64,000 bases of DNA. Origin: Candidatus Brocadiia bacterium. GTDB taxonomy: Bacteria > Planctomycetota > Brocadiia > CAIUPP01. A program made the position numbers and the translations under genes. The stretch covers positions 1 to 64,000 of the forward strand of contig JBEKCB010000007.1 in the NCBI GenBank assembly GCA_050015075.1, written 5' to 3'. Positions 56,287-64,000 of the stretch are shown in pieces; within the stretch, counting starts at the first letter, position 1; each line of letters starts with the position of its first letter. Below the pieces are notes generated by a model. It was not told the DNA's origin. It worked only from the letters and a program-made list of their open reading frames with translations, and did no database searches.

Positions 56287-58866
56287 TCAACCGCGGCCGA
56301 GGGTGTCGTCTATCATGGCGCGCGCCTGCGCTTCGGTCAAAGCCAGGAGAATGCCGGGCGTTTCTCTGTCCGCCTTGCGAGCCAGATTCAGCGGTCCCAA
56401 CGTAAGAGGCGCCGCAAGGACGCACCGTCCGTAGGCGACCAGATTGTAGCCCTTGTACGATCCGATCAGGGTGGGCGGAGGGCTTCCCTCGTAGCGCGGC
56501 AGGGCTTTCACCGCTTTCACGGCGACTTCGCCGGCAACCGATGGGATGCCGAGAAACGCGTCGCCCACGCGGCAGACCAGGTAAGGCTCGCCGTCCCCGG
56601 CCAGGCTCAGGAATCCGTCAATGGCCTGGATCAACTGATCGCGGGTCTCACCGATGATTATCCATGGCTGCGCGCGGTCCGCCGCACGGGTGAAGTCAAT
56701 GCGTCCGAGCGCGGCGGGCGCGCCGTAAAAAAGGCCGCGATAAAGGACCACGTTGTAGCCCCGGTAGGCCTGGAACAATTGAGGTTGGTCGGAGGCGTGC
56801 GCGACCGCCTCGTTGACTGCGGCGGACGCGGGCTTGCTCTGTTCCTTGCACGCCGGCGCGTTGTGCGTGGAGGCCAGGTCGGCATCCTTTCGTTCGACCT
56901 CCTGCGCGGTGAACTCGGTCCACGCCGTTGTGGGAATGCCGTTCTCATGGAGCGCGCGGACGATCCGCTTGAGCCTCTGATAGCGGACTTGCGCGTCAAT
57001 ATAAGGGGATTCGCTGTGCCACTCGCCGTCGGGGATGGCCACGGGGTAACGAGAATAGAGTTGTTCCCGGGGCGTGCGGAATTTAATGCCGAACTCCTCG
57101 GGCCGGTTCCAGTAGTCGGAGCCTCGGAAAAGCATCAGCGGGTTGACGAAGGGCACGCGCCCGATCCAGGGTTTCAGCGCCTTGAAGAACTCGATCGCCT
57201 CATCCACGTCCGCCTCGGTCTCGCCCGGAATCCCCACAATCGCGTTCACCTCGGTGGTGATGCCGGCCTCCGCGGCAAACCGCAGATTGTCGTGAACGAC
57301 CTCCTTGCTGTACCCTTTCCGCTGAAGTTTCATCGTATTGGCGGACCAGCCATCCACGCCGAACCGCAGGCAGACGAAGCCGGCCTTCGCGAGCTTGAGG
57401 TAATATTCCTTTCCGGCGCGCTTGTTGCAGCGGAGTTGCGCGGTCATGTGAATCGCCAGGCCCCGCCGGATGATTTCATCGCACAGCCTCTCGATCAGCG
57501 ACGTGTCGCCGTGCAGGTCGCTCTCATTGAAGACGAACTCGACGGCGCCCATCTTGCAGAAGTACTCGATATCGTCCACCACTTTCTCCGGCGTGCGGGC
57601 GCGCCAGTGGAAACGCTCCGCGCAAAAGCGGCAACGCGACCACGGACATCCTCGGCTTCCCACAATCGGCACCAGCCAGTAGCCGTTCCAGTTTCGATAA
57701 CGCCGCGGGTCGGTCCATTCGTAACGCGGATGACCCAGCGGATCGAGTTCGGCCGGAATGGGGCCCGGCTGGAATTCACGGTCGGGCGTATCGCCGCGCG
57801 ACCAGACGCCCGGCAGGTCGTGCGGCTTTTCGCCCCTGAGGATGGCTTTGACCAGCGGCCCGACCGTGAGGTCCGCCTCGCCCACGACGGTATAATCCGC
57901 CGGCGGGAAGATGAACTTGGCGACGCCCGGCTGCAGGCAGCTCATGCCTCCTGCAATCACCACCAGGCCGGGGAGGCGGCTGCGCACTTCCTGCACGATG
58001 TGCCGGGCGAACGTGAGGTTCGCCTGCTGCAGCGAACAGGCAAGGATCTTCGGTTGCGCCCGCACCAGTTTGGCGACGATCTCATCCATGTCCGGCTGGA
58101 AGTAGCCGACAAAATCGTCTTTTTCCCACTCGAGGTAGTGAACGGACTGCCAGGGGTCCTCCGGCATGCGCCGGCCCGCAGGCGTTCTCATCACGGGGAT
58201 CGCGTCCAGAATCCGGTCCGAGTGGAAGCGATGATAGATGATATTGTCCAGGTCCACTGTCTGGAGGCGGATCCCCTCGCGTGCGAGCGCCATCTGCACA
58301 TAACCGAATCCCACGGGCAATTGGGCGATGCTCCGGGCAGGGAAGTCCAGCAGAATCACATCCTGTCCCGGGAGGAACTCGATCTCCGGGATTTCAATGG
58401 GATAGATGCTCTTGACGGCGGGGACCCAGGCGCGCGAGGGGATCGCTCTCCAATCGAGATTTTTCAGGTCGTCCAGGGTCACTTGCCTGACGCGCGCGGG
58501 CAAGGCCTTGCGCATGCGGTCCAGGACGCGCCCGCGGACCTCGCACAGGAAAACGGTGCTCACGGCGGCGGGCAGAGACTCCGGGCGCATGGCGGCCATC
58601 CCGGCAAAGTCTCCGGCGGCGCGCACCGGGTCCTCATCCACGATCACCGAAACGCGTTCTCTCAAAATGGGCGATTGTTCGAGAAGATACCGGGCAAGGC
58701 GCCCGGCGCCGAAGAAGGCCACTCCGCCCTCCATGCCGGCGAGATGGTTGGCCAGAACCGACACGCAGCGACGGTCCTCCTCGCCGCCGTCAAACCGAAA
58801 ACAGCGCGCGCGCGAGAAAACCATTTCCTTGAGATCGGCCTCAAGGGTTATGGCGGCATTCGCCAT
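56287..58866 (-). CDS. Cobalamin-binding radical SAM protein with N-terminal Rossmann-like domain and two C-terminal YxGYN modules
   Basis: FFGAGRLA; LPVGFGY, IAGGMSC, VGEAD; SRGCPWSRCRFC; YRGYNVV and YKGYNLV modules. Confidence 0.9.
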   Translation of the reverse strand: MANAAITLEADLKEMVFSRARCFRFDGGEEDRRCVSVLANHLAGMEGGVAFFGAGRLARYLLEQSPILRERVSVIVDEDPVRAAGDFAGMAAMRPESLPAAVSTVFLCEVRGRVLDRMRKALPARVRQVTLDDLKNLDWRAIPSRAWVPAVKSIYPIEIPEIEFLPGQDVILLDFPARSIAQLPVGFGYVQMALAREGIRLQTVDLDNIIYHRFHSDRILDAIPVMRTPAGRRMPEDPWQSVHYLEWEKDDFVGYFQPDMDEIVAKLVRAQPKILACSLQQANLTFARHIVQEVRSRLPGLVVIAGGMSCLQPGVAKFIFPPADYTVVGEADLTVGPLVKAILRGEKPHDLPGVWSRGDTPDREFQPGPIPAELDPLGHPRYEWTDPRRYRNWNGYWLVPIVGSRGCPWSRCRFCAERFHWRARTPEKVVDDIEYFCKMGAVEFVFNESDLHGDTSLIERLCDEIIRRGLAIHMTAQLRCNKRAGKEYYLKLAKAGFVCLRFGVDGWSANTMKLQRKGYSKEVVHDNLRFAAEAGITTEVNAIVGIPGETEADVDEAIEFFKALKPWIGRVPFVNPLMLFRGSDYWNRPEEFGIKFRTPREQLYSRYPVAIPDGEWHSESPYIDAQVRYQRLKRIVRALHENGIPTTAWTEFTAQEVERKDADLASTHNAPACKEQSKPASAAVNEAVAHASDQPQLFQAYRGYNVVLYRGLFYGAPAALGRIDFTRAADRAQPWIIIGETRDQLIQAIDGFLSLAGDGEPYLVCRVGDAFLGIPSVAGEVAVKAVKALPRYEGSPPPTLIGSYKGYNLVAYGRCVLAAPLTLGPLNLARKADRETPGILLALTEAQARAMIDDTLGRG

Positions 58867-58878
58867 CTCTTTTTCCCT

Positions 58879-61800
58879 CTACTTCACCCGCACCGCAAGC
58901 TCAAAGCCATGGGCGATGAGATCGTCGGGCGGAATCGAACTCAATTCCTTCCGGATATCTTCGGTCAGGAGGTCCTTCCCTTCGTACGAGCGCACGAAAT
59001 GCAGCACCTCGACGTCCGGGGCCTCCATGAATTCACGAATCCCGTATTCCTCGAAGCGCTTCCGGTTCACGTGGGCCGGGTTGAGCATGGATTCGAGGTA
59101 CTCCTTCGGCTCTCTTCCCATCTTGCGCCGCATGACCGCGTCCAGGCCGCGCTTTCTGCAATGAGCCAGGATGGCCTCCGGAGTGAGGCGAAGATGAATC
59201 CACGGGAAGTCGTCGAAATAGCCGAACATATGATGCCCGAACGGCGAGAAATAAAGAGGGCCGGCCTGCAAATAAATGCAGCCGCCGGAGCAGGTGACGC
59301 GTTTCATTTCCTGCAGCGCGCGTGCGGGGTCTGTGATATGTTCGAGCGTGGCAATGGAGAAGCACGCGTCAAAGCTGCCGTCGGGGAAGTCCATTTCCGT
59401 CGCCCCCATTCGGCGATACGTGATGCGGGGATTGGGATACGCGCAGCCGACCGTGGCCAGCAGGTCAATGCCGGTCATGGATGCGGGCTCTTCGGCCAGG
59501 AGAAGATCGCACACGAGCCCGTCGCTGCAGCCGACTTCCAGCACGTGCTTGCCCTTCAGCGGCGGAACGAAGCGGAACATGCTGTTGAGATAGGCCTTGT
59601 TGTACACGATGCGATGCACGTCCTCGCCCCGGTACGTGCGAGCCGGACGATCGGCGGATGCGATAATCAGCCAGTCGGCCAATTGCGCCGCGAGCGCCTC
59701 CGCATGGTTGTCGGCCCACTTCGGCCGGCCATCGCACGGAAGGATGACGACATCGCAGCGTTCCTTGCGAAGGGCCTCCAGGAGTTCGGGCGACAAGCGG
59801 GCCGGATCGAAGAGGTCCGTCTCGCGGCCCTGGGCATCCTTCAGGACATGCATGGGGCCTTCGGCGTACTCCCGAGCCCAATGCGCGGGCGCCAGGCAGG
59901 CGACCTCGTAATCCGGGAATTGGCGCACCAGCCGTTTCGCCGTGGCGGGGGCGACGGTCCCCAGGAACAGCGCTTTGACTTTTCCGCCGGCCTTCGAACG
60001 GCGCTGAATTTCCTGCTGCACCTCCTCGATGGTGTTCCCGATCAGGCATTGACTGTAATTCCCCTTTTGCGCGCGCGCCAGCTCGAACGCTCCCTCGCTC
60101 TGCGGCGTGGCGAAATATTTTGTCGCGCAGAAGGTGATGGTGAAACCTTGATAATCGGGCAGCACCGTGCGGGCGGTTGCCGAAGCCGAATCATCGCCGA
60201 CCGGCGGCAGCGCGCGCGGATTTTCAACCCGAGCGCCGCCGCTCCGCCGCGGCGGGCGCGGGGTCAGCGCGGATATCAGTTTCTTCGTCAAGGCCCGCGG
60301 CCCGAAGCCGGGAGGATTCCTTCTGCCGCTGAGCTTGACGCCCAGAGAACGGCCGAGTTCGAAGAGAATCGCCGCGGCCTGCGAGAAACTGACCTTCTGC
60401 CGAACCAGCTCGTTGCGCACGAAGGGAGAGCCGTCGGCGGAAGATGTGACTTGATCTATCCGGCTTCGCGCGTCTGCTTCGGAGGCGCACGCCAGGACTC
60501 CTTCACGAGACCGCGCGGACTCCTCCCTCAAGTCCATTTCTCCGAATGCCAGCGGCACGGCCAGGACCGTTCTGCCGAATTCAACGACATTGTACGACTT
60601 GTATGAGGAGAGCAGAATGGGCGCATAGCCGCCGCGAACGATCGGCGTACGCTGCAGGCGCTCCAGGACTTTTTCGGCGATCCGCATGCGGCCCTCATCG
60701 CCGCTCGCCGCGTACTGCGTCCGGGCTTTTGCCAGTTCGGTCACGAGCAGGCTGCGAAACAGCGGGAATGGTTCCGAGGCTCGGACCACCTCTTCCAGTT
60801 GTGCGGCAAAGCGGTCCGGCTCCGTCGGCCCCTCGCCGCCGAGGAGTCCATAGATCCGCCTGGGGATTGCGACGAACGGGGCCAGCCGCTCGTCGGGCAG
60901 CCACACACTCTCTTCCAGCTTGGAGAGCCGGCCCGTGTCCAGCCACTCGGCGACAAAGACGTCCAGGTCCTTGTTCCAGAGCCGTTGGGAAGCGGCGGAA
61001 CCGTGCGGCAGGGTGGCGCCGGCGAGATGCGTGACGCAAACCTCAGGCGTGCACACCAGCTTGTAGCGCGTTTCCCAGATTTTCAGGCTGTAGTCAATGT
61101 CGAGGAAGTACTTGCTGAAGGCCTCATTGAAGCGAATGTCGCCCACTCTGCGCATGTGGACCAGGAGGCAGGCGCTGCATGCGCAGGGCGTTTCGCGGGG
61201 ACGCTCCGGCACATCCAGGAGATGCGAGTGCGACCCGAACCGGTCGCCCATCATATACGCGCCGGTGAAGGATATATTGCCCGCGGCGTCTTTGTGCATG
61301 GGCGCGACGACGCCCACGTCCGGCTCCAGGGCGCGCAGCAGACCGTCCAGCCAGCCGTTTTCGACATACACGTCGTCATCCATGAGAACCAGGTAGTCGC
61401 TCCGGACCGCTCGAAGGACTTTGTTCATTTCCCGCGGATGATTGAAATCCCGGCTCCGATTGTTGTCGAGCAGAATGAGTTCCGCCTCGCTCGCGTGCTC
61501 CTTGAGCAGCGAAAGGCAGCGGGCGGAGTGCGTCTGCCGGAAATCGGCGCTGACGACCGCGATGGTCACCGAGGGCTTCCGCGACGATGTGTCGGACGAT
61601 CCGGTGGGCCACCAGTTGACGTACTCCGGCCGACGGAACATATAAGGATCCGTGATATGGCCCAGCCGGCGGGTATAGCCGCTTCGTTTTCGCGCGGCGG
61701 ATGATTCGTCAATCAGCGCGGCGAGGCGAAGCGCATTGGTCCGCCGCTCGTCGAGCTTCTCCATGAAGCGCCGGGAGTCCGCCTCGTGGATTTCCTGGCT

Positions 61801-62427
61801 GGGCACATAAACTTTGGCTTCCTCGGATTGGAAAACCGACTTGGCCTTCCCGTCCGCAGCCTTGTCAAAATTGTCATGCTCGAAAACCACGTCGGGCAGG
61901 TAGAAGATGCGTTTGTGGCCCAGGTGCGCGAGCATGCAATACGTGTCGTAGATGTGATCGTCAATCCGATACCGATGGTAGTCGGCCGGGCACAGGCCGA
62001 TCTCACGGCAGGCCCTGCGCGAGAGGCAGGGGAACGTGCACAACTTCTCACGGAAGAGCAGGTCGTTGAGATGGACGAGGGCGATGTCGTCCCGGACGGA
62101 TCGAAACACGTCGCCCACCGCCCGGTCCCAGTTCTTCGTTCGGACGATGATGTCATCGTTGACGAGCATCACGTGGCGGCCCGACGACGCCTCGAAACAG
62201 GCGCGGTTGAGCCGGCCCATGGAAAGCCCCGGCGGAACGACGACTTTTTTCAGACTGAGAGCGCTGAACTGGATGGACTGAGAGGCTTTGTCGTCCTCGT
62301 CCAGGCAGAGGACGACCTCCAGCGATCCCGGAACGAGGACCGTCTCGGCCACGCTCTCCAGGAAGCGCCGCACCAGCTCCGGCCGTCCCCTCGTCGGGAG
62401 GAGCAGCGAGTATTCGAACACGTTCAA
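58879..62427 (-). CDS. Multidomain GT2-GT2-(YxGYN modules)-methyltransferase
   Basis: SLLLPTRGRP...LVNDD; LVLMDDDVYV...FLDIDYS; YKSYNVV; VLEVGCSDG, FSIATLEHITDP, PLYFSPFGHH. Confidence 0.9.
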   Translation of the reverse strand: MNVFEYSLLLPTRGRPELVRRFLESVAETVLVPGSLEVVLCLDEDDKASQSIQFSALSLKKVVVPPGLSMGRLNRACFEASSGRHVMLVNDDIIVRTKNWDRAVGDVFRSVRDDIALVHLNDLLFREKLCTFPCLSRRACREIGLCPADYHRYRIDDHIYDTYCMLAHLGHKRIFYLPDVVFEHDNFDKAADGKAKSVFQSEEAKVYVPSQEIHEADSRRFMEKLDERRTNALRLAALIDESSAARKRSGYTRRLGHITDPYMFRRPEYVNWWPTGSSDTSSRKPSVTIAVVSADFRQTHSARCLSLLKEHASEAELILLDNNRSRDFNHPREMNKVLRAVRSDYLVLMDDDVYVENGWLDGLLRALEPDVGVVAPMHKDAAGNISFTGAYMMGDRFGSHSHLLDVPERPRETPCACSACLLVHMRRVGDIRFNEAFSKYFLDIDYSLKIWETRYKLVCTPEVCVTHLAGATLPHGSAASQRLWNKDLDVFVAEWLDTGRLSKLEESVWLPDERLAPFVAIPRRIYGLLGGEGPTEPDRFAAQLEEVVRASEPFPLFRSLLVTELAKARTQYAASGDEGRMRIAEKVLERLQRTPIVRGGYAPILLSSYKSYNVVEFGRTVLAVPLAFGEMDLREESARSREGVLACASEADARSRIDQVTSSADGSPFVRNELVRQKVSFSQAAAILFELGRSLGVKLSGRRNPPGFGPRALTKKLISALTPRPPRRSGGARVENPRALPPVGDDSASATARTVLPDYQGFTITFCATKYFATPQSEGAFELARAQKGNYSQCLIGNTIEEVQQEIQRRSKAGGKVKALFLGTVAPATAKRLVRQFPDYEVACLAPAHWAREYAEGPMHVLKDAQGRETDLFDPARLSPELLEALRKERCDVVILPCDGRPKWADNHAEALAAQLADWLIIASADRPARTYRGEDVHRIVYNKAYLNSMFRFVPPLKGKHVLEVGCSDGLVCDLLLAEEPASMTGIDLLATVGCAYPNPRITYRRMGATEMDFPDGSFDACFSIATLEHITDPARALQEMKRVTCSGGCIYLQAGPLYFSPFGHHMFGYFDDFPWIHLRLTPEAILAHCRKRGLDAVMRRKMGREPKEYLESMLNPAHVNRKRFEEYGIREFMEAPDVEVLHFVRSYEGKDLLTEDIRKELSSIPPDDLIAHGFELAVRVK

Positions 62428-62474
62428 CGGCCATCCTCCGGTTCAGCCCGACGCATCAGACAGCAGCGGCGCGC

Positions 62475-64000
62475 TTACGCTTTTGCCGTCTTTCTCAAAC
62501 CGAGAAACCAGGCGCGCCAGCCCGGCTTGGGTTTGGCATCCTCCGTCCGCCGCATGGCTTCGAGAGCGGCATGCGCTTGCGAGACAGCCTGGTCCTTGTC
62601 TGCGATCTCAGCGTCCTTCTCGGCAATCACTTTCCAGAGCGTGGCGAGCTCGGCGTCCTTATGCTCCATTTCCTGTCGGAGCGTGGCTAGATCGGCCTCG
62701 CTCGCCCGCCGCAGAGCTTCAAGAGCTGCGCGCAATTGGCAGGCGTCCTGGTCCTTGCCGGCAATCGCCGCCTCTTTTTCAGCGACCACTTTACGAAGCG
62801 CGGCGATTTCTTCATCCTGGCGTTCCGTCCCTTTTCGGAGCGCGGCCAGATCGGCCTCGGCCGCGCGGCGCAGGGCTTCGAGAGTCGCGCGCAATTGGCA
62901 GGCGTCCTGGTCCTTGCCGGCAATCGCCGCCTCTTTTTCAGCGACCACTTTACGAAGCGCGGCGATTTCTCCATCCCTGCGTTCCGTCTCTTTACGGAGC
63001 GCGGTCAGATCGGCCTCAGCCGCGCGACGCAGGGCTTCGAGAGCCGCGCGCAGTTGCGAGACGGCCTGGTCCTTGCCGGCCATTGCGGCGTCTTTTTCAG
63101 CGACCGCCTTACGGAGCGCGGCGATTTCTCCATCCTTGCGCACCGTCCCTTCGCGGAGCGCGGCCAGATCGGCCTCGCGCACCGCGGCGGCGGCTTGCAG
63201 CGCCCCGATTTGCGCCGCCTTTTCATCGAATTCAACGCGGAGGCGCCTGGAGCGCGCTCGATCAACGAGTTGTTGCGCCTGGGGCACGTCCTCCGCTACG
63301 ACGAGCATGTGCTGCGCCTGGAGTTCATTCAAACGCGGCGCGTCGAGGCTTCGCAGGTCCAGCGGCCCCAACTCCACCGAAGCCGCATAGACTCTGCCGG
63401 CGTACCGCACGAGGTTATACCCTTCGTGATTTCCGATGAGGGCGGGAGAATCGTCCGCGATCGGCGGCTCGTTGAGCCTGGGCAGCAGACTTTCCATGCT
63501 CTCCGAACGGAGGACTTCGGGTCGCTCGCGAAGGGCTTGTCGGGTTATATCGAGACCTTGGAGAAGGGCATGCGGAACCGCGTATATGTTTTTCTCGTAT
63601 CGGAAAAGAGCGTAAGTGCGCGTGTAGCAGAGCGGCGGAGGCGGCTGCTGGAGGCTGTCTTCAATGCCCGGAAAAGCGATGTCGGTCGGCTCCCAGCCCT
63701 GGCTCTGCGGCAGGCGGCGCACGCTCCAGATCGAATGATTGATCGAGTACTTCTCGAAGGTCTCGCCGACGGCCAGCACGACGCCGCAATGGACGGTTTG
63801 GAAATAATCGGTCTCTTTGCCCTGGTCGAGGAACCCGCGCTCGAAGTCGCGGATGCGGCCTTCGCAGTCGTGCCCGCAAAGAATTCCGCCGCTCCGCACC
63901 AGGTTGGAGTAGGCCTGAATGTCCCGCAGGACGCCGCCGTAGCGGTGGTCCCCGTCAATGAACACCAGGTCAAAGGCGCCCTCTTTGAGTATCGCGGCGG
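62475..64000 (-). CDS. 5'-truncated SAM methyltransferase (Methyltransf_24-like) with YxGYN modules, long coiled coil and basic amphipathic tail
   Basis: Frame open to the window edge: AFDLVFIDGDHRY...VRSGGILCGHD; HEGYNLVRY; ends GWRAWFLGLRKTAKA. Confidence 0.88.
   Translation of the reverse strand, partial: AAILKEGAFDLVFIDGDHRYGGVLRDIQAYSNLVRSGGILCGHDCEGRIRDFERGFLDQGKETDYFQTVHCGVVLAVGETFEKYSINHSIWSVRRLPQSQGWEPTDIAFPGIEDSLQQPPPPLCYTRTYALFRYEKNIYAVPHALLQGLDITRQALRERPEVLRSESMESLLPRLNEPPIADDSPALIGNHEGYNLVRYAGRVYAASVELGPLDLRSLDAPRLNELQAQHMLVVAEDVPQAQQLVDRARSRRLRVEFDEKAAQIGALQAAAAVREADLAALREGTVRKDGEIAALRKAVAEKDAAMAGKDQAVSQLRAALEALRRAAEADLTALRKETERRDGEIAALRKVVAEKEAAIAGKDQDACQLRATLEALRRAAEADLAALRKGTERQDEEIAALRKVVAEKEAAIAGKDQDACQLRAALEALRRASEADLATLRQEMEHKDAELATLWKVIAEKDAEIADKDQAVSQAHAALEAMRRTEDAKPKPGWRAWFLGLRKTAKA
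62541..63176 (-). repeat. Four 159-bp (53-aa) tandem repeats encoding a coiled coil
   Basis: EADL units start at 63176, 63017, 62858 and 62699 (period 159); units 2 and 3 are nearly identical in DNA. Confidence 0.92.

Noticed and set aside
56209-60606. 1465-aa plus-strand ORF
   Set aside because: Antisense shadow of two motif-rich minus-strand genes; no recognisable domains; expected in high-GC DNA
62541-63176. Tandem repeats as a possible CRISPR array
   Set aside because: Contiguous in-frame 159-bp units without unique spacers; no cas genes

Overview
GC-rich bacterial chromosomal window (hand-counted coding lines run near 68% GC). Its protein families suggest a Planctomycetota/PVC-type organism, which is an inference and was not verified. 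No rRNA, tRNA, CRISPR array or intact transposase was seen. 0-9 kb holds housekeeping and metabolic genes (dual-specificity phosphatase, aldo/keto reductase, coiled-coil/LysM membrane protein, flavin oxidoreductase, scpA, Fe-S flavoprotein, aspA). 9-43 kb is dense in secreted proteins: putative carbohydrate-active enzymes, a PEP-CTERM peptidase-like gene with a sigma54-type promoter, glycosyltransferases, and an ECF sigma/anti-sigma unit flanked by two paralogs of an unrecognised family. 43.9-64 kb is a minus-strand surface-glycan cluster, truncated at the right edge. It contains a heptose-type kinase and nucleotidyltransferase, a His-for-Lys PLP enzyme (sugar C3-dehydratase type), a stand-alone TPP E1 alpha/beta pair, two B12-radical SAM enzymes, several methyltransferases and GT2s. 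Three adjacent large proteins each carry two copies of an unrecognised ~57-aa module, and the last has a WbdD-like methyltransferase/coiled-coil layout built from 159-bp tandem repeats. This cluster is the best candidate for an undescribed system. Several REP-like palindromes, clear sigma70 promoters and one parS-like site are also visible. All product calls come from motif recognition by eye; no database searches were run.
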